Assembly (NCBI GenBank): GCA_963833055.1
Contig: CAWHWM010000004.1
Span: 391,643-455,642, forward strand
Length of the DNA stretch: 64,000 bases
Direction of reading: 5' to 3'
Source of the DNA: Candidatus Dormiibacterota bacterium
GTDB lineage: Bacteria > Chloroflexota > Dormibacteria > Aeolococcales > Aeolococcaceae
The translations under genes were made by a program, and so were the position numbers. This document shows positions 8,251-16,770 of the stretch, piece after piece. The notes under the pieces were generated by a model. It was not told the origin of the DNA, searched no databases, and saw only the letters and a program-made list of their open reading frames with translations. How positions within the stretch are numbered: position 1 is the first letter of the stretch; every line of letters begins with the position of its first letter.

Positions 8251-9381
8251 GTGCGCATTCTGTTCTCGTTCATCGGCGGGAGAGGCCACCTCGAGCCGCT
8301 GATACCCATCGCGCGTGCCGCCGAGCGCGCTGGGCACACGGTCGGGGTTGCCGGTTCGGGCAATCTCGTGTCTGCGATCACCGCTGCAGGGTTCCTCGCA
8401 CTCCCGACGAGCGAGCCGCGCGCGCAGTCGCGTGAGCCGGAGCCGCTCCGCAAGGTCGATCCGGACAAGGAGGACCGCGACCTCCGGGAGAACTTCGCTC
8501 GACACGGCGCCCGGCGGCACGCGGCGGCGATTCTCGAGGTGGCCCGCACGTGGCACCCCGACCTCGTTGTCCGCGACGAGGTCGATTTCGGTGCCGCAGT
8601 CGCCGCAGAGCGGCTTGGGCTCCCATGTGTCAGCGTGGTCGTCCTGGCGGCCGGAGGGTTCCTTCGTAAGAGCCTCGTTGCAGAACCACTCCATGCACTG
8701 CGCGAAGAGTACGGGCTCCCGGCCGACCCGGAGCTCGCCATGCTCGATGGCGGTCTCGTGCTCTCGCCATTCCCACCAGGATTCCGCGACCCTGATGCGC
8801 CCTTGCCGCTCGGAGCCGTTTCGTTCCGACCGGGAGCCGTCACCGGACGACACCACGCCGCGAAACGGCCGACCGTCTATTTCACGCTCGGCACGGTGTT
8901 CACGCCGCACGAGCTGTACGCAACGGTGCTCGATGGCCTCAGTCGACTGCCGGTGGATGTTGTGGCCACCGTCGGCGCGGACGCTGACCCGGCGTCATTT
9001 GGCCCGCAGTCGAAGCATGTGCGGATTGAGCACTACATCCCACAGGATGAGGTGCTGCCGAACTGTGATCTCGTCATCTCGCACGGCGGCTCGGGCAGCG
9101 TCATGGGAGCGCTCGCCCATGGCCTTCCGTCCGTGCTGATGCCGATGGGCGCCGATCAGCCGCACAACGTCCGGCGGTGCGTGGCGCTCGGCGTCGCTCG
9201 CGAAGTCGAGCCCGCGACAGTGACCCCCGAAGAGGTTCGAGCCGCGGTCGACGCCGTGCTTGCGGACGAGCGCTATCGGGGTGCCGCGGAGCGCATCCAG
9301 GATGAGATCAACGCGTTGCCTGGTCCGGAGCAGATGGTGCCCTTGCTCGAGGGGCTTGGTCGTCGAGATGCCGCGATCTGA
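8251..9381 (+). CDS. GT1-family glycosyltransferase of the MGT/OleD (macrolide glycosyltransferase-like) type
   Basis: VRILFSFIGGRGHLEPLIPIA N-terminus and C-terminal nucleotide-sugar motif HGGSGSVMGALAHGLPSVLMPMGADQPHN. TACACT lies 7 nt before the GTG at 8251, so the mRNA may be leaderless. Confidence 0.8.
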   Translation: MRILFSFIGGRGHLEPLIPIARAAERAGHTVGVAGSGNLVSAITAAGFLALPTSEPRAQSREPEPLRKVDPDKEDRDLRENFARHGARRHAAAILEVARTWHPDLVVRDEVDFGAAVAAERLGLPCVSVVVLAAGGFLRKSLVAEPLHALREEYGLPADPELAMLDGGLVLSPFPPGFRDPDAPLPLGAVSFRPGAVTGRHHAAKRPTVYFTLGTVFTPHELYATVLDGLSRLPVDVVATVGADADPASFGPQSKHVRIEHYIPQDEVLPNCDLVISHGGSGSVMGALAHGLPSVLMPMGADQPHNVRRCVALGVAREVEPATVTPEEVRAAVDAVLADERYRGAAERIQDEINALPGPEQMVPLLEGLGRRDAAI

Positions 9382-9417
9382 GAGCAACGCACGGTACGGC
9401 CCGTACGCTGCGGAACG

Positions 9418-9756
9418 ATGAGCGACCAGTGCGTCGGCCCGATCGATCCCGCGACCGACTTACCCGCGGAGACCTGCCGTCAGCCGGCGATGAAGTTCCT
9501 GTTCTTTCCGCATCGGGACGGGGTCGCATTCATGCTCTGTTGCGACCGGCACCTCGAGAGCGTGAGCCGCTGGGCAGGGACCCGCTTTGGCGGCTGCTTC
9601 GCGGGCGGCCCGATGGCCAAGGGCCAACGCACGATGCAAGAGGCGGTGGAGCAGTTCGATCACATCGACTGGCCACATGCTGAGGCGTTTCATGCGCTCG
9701 TCCCTGCGTCGAAGGTGACGGACTTCCGCCACCGAGGCCGCCCCCGCCGCGGCTAG
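9418..9756 (+). CDS. Hypothetical protein (Cys/His-containing, 112 aa)
   Basis: ORF only; no family recognised. Fits between flanking genes with a 4-nt convergent overlap. Confidence 0.35.
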   Translation: MSDQCVGPIDPATDLPAETCRQPAMKFLFFPHRDGVAFMLCCDRHLESVSRWAGTRFGGCFAGGPMAKGQRTMQEAVEQFDHIDWPHAEAFHALVPASKVTDFRHRGRPRRG

Positions 9757-10991
9757 GGTGTCGCGGGTCCCGGAACCTTGAGCTGGATCACGACACTGCC
9801 GGCCACCGTGAGGCCGGCAGCGACAAGCACAGCGAAGGTCGGCGATATGCCGATGGCCGGTCCTGCGAGCGCGGACCCGATCGGGACGCCTGAGAAGTTC
9901 AACGCCATCGAGACGGCGAATGCCCGCCCGAACCATGCCCGAGCGGTTCGCCGTTGGCGGAGTGAAAAGGCGGGCACGCTCGATGCAGCATCGGCGCCAC
10001 CGGCGATCGCGATGCCCACCGCAATGAGCGCAATTGACGGCACGAGCAATACCAGCATCGAGAGACCCATCACCGCGCCGAGCAACGCCATCGCCTCGCG
10101 CTCGTGTCCCTCCGTCCGCAGGCGGCCCGTGATGAGTGCCGCGGGAACGCCGGTAGCGCCCGCGAGCGCCAGGATGGAACCGACGACGGCGGCATTGCCG
10201 TGCAGGTGGAAGACGACGACCGGGAGGGCGACGATCATGATGCCCCAGCCCACATTGAGCGTCGAGAACCCCACCGCGATCCAGCGTAACGTGCGATTGC
10301 TGACGACGTAGCAGAGGCCGCGCCAGGCTTCGTAGAAGATTCGGGAGGACACCTCGCCGGCGTGCGCGGGCTCAGCGACTCCCTGGAGCGCGATGGCGCC
10401 GACGACAAATCCGATCGCAGCTCCCACGAGGGCGGCTTCGCTGCCGACCAAAGCGATGAGCGCTCCCGCGAGTCCGGGACCGGCGATGCTCGAGACGCCA
10501 TAGAGGACGCTGTCGGCAGCATTGCCGCGATCCCACAGGTCGCGGGGCAGGATGAGCGGAAAGAACGAGCGCGCCCCCGCAATGCTGAGCGTGCTGGTCA
10601 GAGAACCGCCCACCAGCAATGCGTAGAGACCCCAGATGGGAAGGTGGTTCGTCAACGACAGCGTCACGATCGCGGAGAGGCACACCGCCGCAACGCTGAA
10701 GTCGAGCGTCATGAGCCGCTTGCGCCCGTGCCGGTCGAGCAGTGCGCCGGCGATCGGGCTCAGCAGCAACCCCGGAAAGATGAGCAGGAACAGGCTGACA
10801 CCCGCGACGCTCGGCGAGTGATATCGCTGCAGCGCGAAGAGCACCAACCCGACCGTCCACATCTGCGCCGCGGTGCGCGTGAGCAGCGAGCTCACGAGCA
10901 ACTGCCGGAAGCCGGGGACGCGCAGCATCCGCCCGTACGTCGCCGCGGGTGCGACGCCTTGTCCCGCGGTCACTGTGACGTCGCTGGACAT
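9753..10991 (-). CDS. MFS transporter (EntS/Mef-like MFS_3 type)
   Basis: Multi-span hydrophobic protein with an N-terminus typical of this family (FRQLLVSSLLTRTAAQMWTVGLVLFAL). ATG at 10991 is preferred over TTG at 11057 because a promoter-like element lies at 11048-11059. Confidence 0.8.
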   Translation of the reverse strand: MSSDVTVTAGQGVAPAATYGRMLRVPGFRQLLVSSLLTRTAAQMWTVGLVLFALQRYHSPSVAGVSLFLLIFPGLLLSPIAGALLDRHGRKRLMTLDFSVAAVCLSAIVTLSLTNHLPIWGLYALLVGGSLTSTLSIAGARSFFPLILPRDLWDRGNAADSVLYGVSSIAGPGLAGALIALVGSEAALVGAAIGFVVGAIALQGVAEPAHAGEVSSRIFYEAWRGLCYVVSNRTLRWIAVGFSTLNVGWGIMIVALPVVVFHLHGNAAVVGSILALAGATGVPAALITGRLRTEGHEREAMALLGAVMGLSMLVLLVPSIALIAVGIAIAGGADAASSVPAFSLRQRRTARAWFGRAFAVSMALNFSGVPIGSALAGPAIGISPTFAVLVAAGLTVAGSVVIQLKVPGPATP

Positions 10992-11047
10992 GCCGATTGG
11001 GTGGGGTTGCGGGCGCGCGAAGACGCCACGACGGAAAACACACGCCA

Positions 11048-11059
11048 AGCCTACCAATG
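11048..11059 (-). promoter_or_regulatory. Candidate extended -10 promoter element upstream of the MFS gene
   Basis: Same minus-strand 12-mer CATTGGTAGGCT as at 8185-8196. It lies about 57 nt upstream of the ATG at 10991. Confidence 0.3.
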
Positions 11060-11130
11060 CGCCGGGATCTGGTGGGACGCGACGCGGTATGATCGTTGTG
11101 CACGCTGATCTCGGACAGCTGCGTTCCCAT

Positions 11131-11505
11131 GGGGGCGTACTGGTTTCGACGGGGTCGTGGGTTGTGCGAATGCGAGTCGAGCCCCGGGCTCGTAAAACCG
11201 GGAAAAATATACGTGCGAATAACGCACCCCTCGCCCTCGCTGCGTAAGTAGCAGAGACGAAAAAAGCTCAGGCTTCGGCCTGACGTCGACCGGCCCCTCG
11301 GCTGTGGGGGTCGGACCCGACGTTAATGCAAGCAGTCTCGCCGCCCGGTGGCGCCTCGGCGCCGGGCGGGACATTCACCGAGGCTGGCCGCAGCCGAGCC
11401 TGGTCCCAGGGCGCGATTGAGGTGAGATAAAAACCGGGACTACACTCGTAGATGTCGCATGGAACGCGGCTTCGGACCCGGGTTCGATCCCCGGCGCCTC
11501 CACCA
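11131..11505 (+). ncRNA. ssrA: tmRNA (SsrA), tag peptide ANNAPLALAA
   Basis: 5' GGGGGCGTACTGGTTTCGACGGGG and 3' GGTTCGATCCCCGGCGCCTCCACCA. The acceptor stem GGGGGCG/CGCCTCC contains a G3:U pair. Tag ORF is GCG AAT AAC GCA CCC CTC GCC CTC GCT GCG TAA at 11215-11247. Confidence 0.95.
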
Positions 11506-11563
11506 CGGTGGTTTGCTACCGAGAGTTGTACGGGTCCGAAAGAGGCCCAGATCGGCGATCTCG

Positions 11564-11690
11564 GCCGGCTGAGACGCAAGCTGCCTGCGGACCGCGTGCT
11601 GGTCGACGCCGGCTGAGCCGCAAGCTGCTTGCGGCCGTGTGCTAGCCGACGCCGGTTTGAGCCGCATATTTGGCACTGATGAGCGTGACG
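11564..11690. repeat. 43-44 bp tandem repeat, about 3 units, the last embedded in the 3' end of the minus-strand lipoprotein gene
   Basis: Units at 11564-11607, 11608-11650 and 11651 onward each start GCCGG(C/T)T(T)GAG. Unit 2 contains the hairpin GCCGCAAGC-T-GCTTGCGGC (11617-11635) and the gene's stop codon. Confidence 0.7.
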
Positions 11691-12839
11691 AGCCCCGAGG
11701 GCGTCACTGAGAAGGTTCTTTCACCGAAGTAATCGGTTGCGATCAGGACGTCTTCCGGCGTCCAGAGCGTTGGGGCCAGGTTGTCGTTACCGGGGACGAC
11801 CAGGGTGTGGCCGCTCGCTCGATCGAGCAGGACGAGTTGGGTCCCAGTTGCCGTTGCGGGGCACGAGATGGAGACCGCCGCGTACATGGCATCGGCGGAT
11901 AACGCCACGCCTCCGTTGATGCAGGACGGTGACGTCATTCCCGGGATGCTGTCTTCGGTCTGCGTGCCGTCAGGTGTGACGAACCGAATCCCCGGAGACG
12001 CGCCCCCAAGGGAGCAGGCGATGGTCCCGTCGTCGGCGATGTCCTGGAAACTGCAGTCTGTTCCGATCCGACCGGCGAGACCGGTGGCCGCGCCCGTCGC
12101 GGGATTGATGAGTATGGCCGGTGAGGTCGACAGAGTCGAAGCACCGAGAGCGCCGCACTCGTTGTCGCCGGACACCACGATGCCGGCAGCCGTCCACGCC
12201 GCTAGGCTGGCCTCGGTGACGTCAGCGCCGAAGGACACACGCGCAAGCATTTGCGCTCCACTGCCCTCGTCGATGTACACGTCCAACGCCGCTCCAACCG
12301 AGGACCCGCAGTTGGGCGAGTTGGTTTGCTCCGCCCACGCCCATGCTTGCCCATCATCGCGTCCAATCACTGACGGCGATCCGACGATGTTCGACTCGAG
12401 GGTCGCGAGGGTGCCATCTGCAGAGATGGCGACGATGGAAACCGGGCCGTCTGACCCGCTCTGCTGGCCGTCGGTGCCGATCATTCGAGCACCAAGCGGT
12501 CCGTCGATTGCCAGTGTCGCGTCACCGTCGATGATCGGCCCCGACGGCAAGGGAGCAGTGATCGTTCCGTTTGCCAGCATCAGCACAGCGTTCCCATTGC
12601 CGAGGGTCCCGCCGCCGGGGAGCTGGTTGTCGCCGAACCCGACGAAAAGCGGTTCGAACGAGTTGACTACCGTCGCCGGGGAAGGTGTCGCAGCCGACGC
12701 GCTTGTCGGTATCGGTGAGAACTGTCGGCGCTCCTGTCGGTTGAGAAGTTGGCGATCCTGTCGCTAACGAGGTCCCCGTTCCGCATGCCGACAGTGCAGC
12801 TGCGCTGGCGATCACGAGGGCCGTTCGTTGGATCCGCAT
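11642..12839 (-). pseudogene. Secreted lipoprotein of unknown function with a +1 frame disruption between signal peptide/linker and body
   Basis: ATG at 12839 is preceded by AAAGGAA. Signal peptide MRIQRTALVIASAAALSACG has a lipobox, followed by an S/T/P linker. The body (ORF 11642-12586) extends upstream in another frame as SPIPTSASAATPSPATVVNS. Length is 3n+1. Confidence 0.6.
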
Positions 12840-12951
12840 CGAGTGGTTCCTTTCGTTCTTCAGAGTGTGCATGCGGAACCAGCATCGCTTCGCTTGGGTT
12901 ACGGTGATCGGTTGGAACTGGCGGCTGCCACGTGATTCGATGAGTCCCTCT

Positions 12952-12973
12952 GCCTCGTGACGCGTCACGAGGC
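12952..12973. promoter_or_regulatory. Perfect 22-bp palindrome in the divergent lipoprotein intergenic region (candidate operator)
   Basis: GCCTCGTGACG|CGTCACGAGGC was read directly from the sequence. It lies between the divergent starts at 12839 (-) and 13059 (+). Confidence 0.5.
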
Positions 12974-13058
12974 TGGAGCTTTCGTGCGGCAACGTCGATG
13001 GCTTGGTGCGATCGCATAACCAGGGTTCCTGCGCCGTCGTTTCAGGGCGAGAAGAGCC

Positions 13059-14333
13059 ATGAAGCTTCACGAAACGGCTCGGGCGCGATCGAGCGCAAAC
13101 ATTGGGACGAGCTCCGGACAGGGTCTGCTCTCGACACTTCCACGCGTTGCGTTTCTGTTGGTTGCGGCGGTTTTGGTGTCGTGCAGCAGCGCGGCCGTGT
13201 CGCGACACACTCGCCTTCGCCAAGCAGTACCGCGACCACGGCTCCCGTCTCGACCTCGACGCCGTCGCTCACCCCGGCGCCCACGCTCACCCCGACGCCG
13301 TCCCCGGCAGCGCCTTCCGGCTTTCGGCCGCTTTCACTGACGTTTGTGAGCGCAACCGATGGCTGGGTGCTTGGGACTGGCGCATGCGCCGATTCGTGCG
13401 TGTGGATCTACCACACAACCAACGGAGGCGCGAGCTGGACGAGGAGCGGCGCGCCACCTGCAACGTTCCCCTCGACGGGTTGCTATTGACGCGACGGGCC
13501 CATGCGTCGACACGCTGCGCTTCGCCACCCCGGAGCTCGGATTCGCGTTCGGCATCAACTGGGGGGCTGTTTACAGGACAGACGACGGCGGAACCACATG
13601 GACTCTCATGCCTGTCACGGATGTCAGCGCGATTGCCCTGGTGGGAGATGACGCGCTGCGGCTGCAGGCGGCCGACGGTGGCTGCAGTACCGGGGAATGC
13701 CAGCTCAAACGGAGCACGGACGGAGGCATCATCTGGTCAACTGCGGACCAACCGGTGTTGACGCCGGAAGGGCTCCTGGGCGACGTCTTTCTGCAAAGCG
13801 ATGGGCATGCGTACATGGTGGGCTACGGCAATCCAGCCGGCGGTGGACCAGAGACTGCGGAGCTGTACCGGTCGAGCAACTTCGGGGCGACATGGACCCT
13901 TGGCAGCGATCCGTGCGCGAATGGCTCGCCCGGCCGGCCGATCACTGTAGGCGTCGACGCATCCGCGGCGGGTGTTCTTGGTATCGAGTGTCTTGCCAAC
14001 CTCGGTGATAGTCAGCGTGGATTCGTGCTCGTGTCCACTGACGGCGGTGCACACTTCGGCCCCCCGCACGCGTCACCACCGTCGTTTCAGGTCTTTGCAA
14101 TCGGATCGGCGTCGGTCCTCGCGGAGGCGACGTCCGCCGGCCTGTCGGTGAGCCATAACGGCGGTGTGACCTGGGCGTCCACGTACACGTGTCCAGTTGA
14201 GAACAAGGGAGACAACGGCATCCAGTTCGTTGGGTTCGAGTCTGCGAGTGTCGCCCATCTCATCTGCGGCAACGCCATCGCGCGCAGCACTGACGGCGGA
14301 CTCAAGTGGAGTACGTACACGTTCCCCAGTTGA
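13059..14333 (+). pseudogene. BNR/Asp-box repeat beta-propeller lipoprotein (Ycf48/sialidase-like fold) with two compensating frame disruptions
   Basis: Lipobox signal AFLLVAAVLVSCSS is in frame 0. The S/T/P linker and first BNR repeat (HTTNGGASWTRS) are in frame 2. Remaining repeats (RTDDGGTTWT, STDGGIIWST, SSNFGATWT, STDGGAHF, HNGGVTWAS, STDGGLKWS) are in frame 0. Shifts lie near 13190-13200 (-1) and 13463-13480 (+1). Confidence 0.7.
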
Positions 14334-14387
14334 GATCTTCGCTTCGACAGCCTGGGCTGCGGATCAGGGTTGTACGACGCTGAAAGC

Positions 14388-14427
14388 GGTGCCCACCCAA
14401 GCGAACTCGGTCGTTCGGGTGGGCACC
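14388..14427. terminator. Strong GC-rich hairpin between convergent genes (candidate bidirectional terminator)
   Basis: GGTGCCCACCC-18 nt-GGGTGGGCACC forms a perfect 11-bp stem, and the loop can pair further (CGAAC/GTTCG). There is no clear U-tract. Confidence 0.6.
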
Positions 14428-14444
14428 TGGTGGTGGGAGGACTG

Positions 14445-15131
14445 CTACTTCGCTCCGGCGGGCTCGAGCTGTGGGCTCACAGCACTGGTCACGGACCGAA
14501 CAGCTGCCGTGCGCTGCACGTGCCACAGGGAATATCCGAGGCCGATCAACGCGATGCCGGTGGGAAACGCGAACAGCCTTTCGTACTGCGGCATGACGCC
14601 TGTCAGGATGGTTGCCACGCTGCCGCACGCGAGGAGCACCGCGGCCCACCGGGCGAGGACGTTCGCACGGAAGAGTGCGATGCCGAAGACGAAACCGCCG
14701 GCGAGGTAGGTGATCCCGTTGACGAGGATGGCGACCTTGATGAGTCCGATGCTGCCGGTAACGGTGCCGTTGGTGGCTGCGGCGATGACGTTGCTGACGT
14801 ATGCGGGCGAACTGTGCGCAATGGAGGGAAGGACAAACGCACCGACGAATTCGATGCCGAACATGGTCAGGTAACCGAAGGCGAAGGTGAGGTAGCCGGC
14901 GAGGCCGAGCACGCCCATCTTCCTCACCTGGAGCAGGTACATACCGCTGATCCCGGCGAGAGCCAGCGCCGCCATGAGCACCTTCAGGCTTTCGCGCACC
15001 ACCGCGTCAGTGGTCGTGATGTTGGCGCCGTCGAAATGCGGACTGCCGATCTGCACGCCGATGAAGATCAGCCCTGCCAGCGCGGCGGCGGCGCCGGTGG
15101 CCCGGAAGAGGGTGTTCGGTGTGACGGTCAT
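14445..15131 (-). CDS. Integral membrane protein (about 6 TM), function unknown
   Basis: ATG at 15131 is preceded by a strong SD (CAAGGAGAACGAC ATG). The 229-aa product is hydrophobic. Confidence 0.7.
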   Translation of the reverse strand: MTVTPNTLFRATGAAAALAGLIFIGVQIGSPHFDGANITTTDAVVRESLKVLMAALALAGISGMYLLQVRKMGVLGLAGYLTFAFGYLTMFGIEFVGAFVLPSIAHSSPAYVSNVIAAATNGTVTGSIGLIKVAILVNGITYLAGGFVFGIALFRANVLARWAAVLLACGSVATILTGVMPQYERLFAFPTGIALIGLGYSLWHVQRTAAVRSVTSAVSPQLEPAGAK

Positions 15132-15229
15132 GTCGTTCTCCTTGGTGTTGATGTGTGAGCACCGATCGGGGTGCGATGTGGATTGATGAGTCGGGTCGGG
15201 ATCGAGGGGTGTGATTCGCCTTGCGGCCA

Positions 15230-15454
15230 TCAACAACCTCCGCTCGATGTGGGAATCGACGTGAGGCTGATGACCTCGTAGCCGCGCATCGCTTCGAGGA
15301 GCGGTTGAAAGCTGCCGTGCACGACGCAGCGGAGCAGGCAGCCATCGACTTCCACGCCGGTCACTCCCGACGCTCTGGCGATCTGGCGTGCCGGTGGCCG
15401 GCCGACGAATGTCGCCTCGACCCGCTGGCTCGGTAGCTCGTGTGTCATGCCCAT
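15230..15454 (-). pseudogene. Possible remnant: C-terminal domain fragment of an ABC transporter ATPase
   Basis: The 74-aa ORF resembles the non-catalytic C-terminal domain of ABC-2/YtrB-type ATPases. No Walker A/B or signature region is found upstream in any frame. It sits just upstream of a membrane protein gene. Confidence 0.3.
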
Positions 15455-15622
15455 CAGGCTGAGCCAGGGATCGGATCGCCGAATCGTCAGGATTACGGAT
15501 TCGATGCGTAGTCGGCTGGTGCCGTGTGCCTGCCGCGGCGAGCCGCGATCCTGGCGTGTGGGTGCTCGGGCGGATCGCCATGCCCACGCGCGCGTGGATC
15601 CCTCGGCGCTTCAAACCCGAGA

Positions 15623-16054
15623 ATGAGGGACGTGGCGAACGATGCTGACGGTCCCCTGAGCAGCCGCCGTGAGACTGTCGCAACCGCGATCGTCGCCAGC
15701 TGGGACGCCGGCACGCGCTACGCCTCAGAACGCTATATGGCCCACGGGCGTCCGGGCGATCGTGCTCGCGGGCAGTGTGGAGCGACGGCCTTGGTCGTAC
15801 AGGATCTGCTCGGAGGCGATCTCCTCATGGGCGACGTGCTGGTCGGATCCGAGCGTCTCGGCGTGCACTACTGGAACCGGCTCGCGGACGGCGAGACCCT
15901 CGACTTGAGCAGCAGGCAGTTCGTGGAAGGCGAGGTGATTGCAGGCGCCCGCATCGTCCACCGGCCGGCGGAGGTGCCCGTACATGGCGCGGAGGCGTAC
16001 CTGCTCTTGCGCGAGCGGGTGAAGCGGTTGCTCGCCGCGGACGGCATTCCCTAA
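15623..16054 (+). CDS. Hypothetical protein (possibly YunG-like)
   Basis: ORF with ATG at 15623. It contains GVHYWNRLADGETLDLSSRQF, which I recall loosely from YunG-type proteins. The assignment is weak. Confidence 0.4.
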   Translation: MRDVANDADGPLSSRRETVATAIVASWDAGTRYASERYMAHGRPGDRARGQCGATALVVQDLLGGDLLMGDVLVGSERLGVHYWNRLADGETLDLSSRQFVEGEVIAGARIVHRPAEVPVHGAEAYLLLRERVKRLLAADGIP

Positions 16055-16106
16055 CTCCCCAAGAGTTGCTTGCAGGTTAAGTGGCCGCCGTGCCATACTC
16101 CCAAAC

Positions 16107-16673
16107 ATGTCTTTGGAGGTTGGCCGGCAGCAGCTGCGAGCGCTCTCCCATCCGCTCCGGGTGCGCATCCTTTCGCTCCTGACCGGGAGGGCGATGTCGA
16201 GCGCAGAGCTCGCCCGCGAGCTCGACATGCGCCATGCGGCGGTGAGCTTCCACGTGCGGCAACTGGCCGCCGCGGGATACCTCGAGCTCGTTGAGACGCG
16301 GTCGGTGCGCGGCGGTCAGGAACGCTGTTACCGCACGCGCGCGGCGGGCCAGGCGGAGTGGTCGCAGGAGGATCCTCGCCTGGTCATCCGCGCGGTCGGG
16401 GAGGAGGTCTCACGCCGCGCGGCGGACTCGCCTCCCAAGGCGTGGCGCCTGTTCGGTGACGCGGAGCTCTGGGTCGATCCGGCGGTCTGGGACGACACGG
16501 TGAAGCGGATCACGGCTGCGATGAATGACCTGCATGCGGCTGCGCTGGAGCCACGGACGCCGGAGGCGAAGCACGTGAGCGCGACGACCATGCTGTTCGC
16601 GATTGAGCCGGGCGGGCTTGGAGAGCCTGACGGGATGGATCCGGGCGCGCCGGCGACGCACGCATGCGGTTGA
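16107..16673 (+). CDS. ArsR-family winged-helix transcriptional regulator with a C-terminal extension
   Basis: LRALSHPLRVRILSLL...SSAELARELDMRHAAVSFHVRQLAAAGYLE. Confidence 0.8.
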   Translation: MSLEVGRQQLRALSHPLRVRILSLLTGRAMSSAELARELDMRHAAVSFHVRQLAAAGYLELVETRSVRGGQERCYRTRAAGQAEWSQEDPRLVIRAVGEEVSRRAADSPPKAWRLFGDAELWVDPAVWDDTVKRITAAMNDLHAAALEPRTPEAKHVSATTMLFAIEPGGLGEPDGMDPGAPATHACG

Positions 16674-16770
16674 TCCCAGCGCGCCAGCAACGCGACATGC
16701 GATCGACGCGGGCGCGCCAGAGACGCAGAACGCGAGCGACCAGGTCGCGCCAAAGAAGCAGAAGCGATGA
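16638..16770. repeat. 33-34 bp tandem array (4 clear units) spanning the arsR stop to the MFS start
   Basis: Units at 16638-16671, 16672-16704, 16705-16737 and 16738-16770 have consensus GA(T/C)C..G.CGCGCC.G..ACGC....GCGA. Adjacent units are 67-71% identical by hand count. The first unit ends in the arsR TGA and the last in the MFS ATGA. Confidence 0.8.

Noticed and set aside
6934-9381. 815-aa ORF, the longest on the plus strand in this region
   Set aside because: Its first 1.2 kb is the antisense shadow of hflX, with an Arg/Gly/Asp/Glu-rich product and no motifs. Only the part from GTG 8251 onward (the GT1 glycosyltransferase) has recognisable domains.
11506-15700. Genomic island integrated at the tmRNA 3' end
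   Set aside because: No integrase, excisionase or phage gene is present. I saw no direct repeat of the ssrA 3' end by eye. Base composition looks like the rest of the window.
16055-16130. ArsR autoregulatory operator overlapping its own start codon (CCAAA-CATGTC-TTTGG, and AACTC-CCCAA-GAGTT upstream)
   Set aside because: Each has only 5-bp arms. Matches this short are expected by chance, so there is not enough support to call a site.
16671-16769. ArsR-MFS fusion by TGA read-through or selenocysteine
   Set aside because: The shared frame and the absence of stops over 31 codons are expected by chance in GC-rich repeat DNA. No SECIS-like structure is evident, and a regulator-transporter fusion has no obvious functional rationale.
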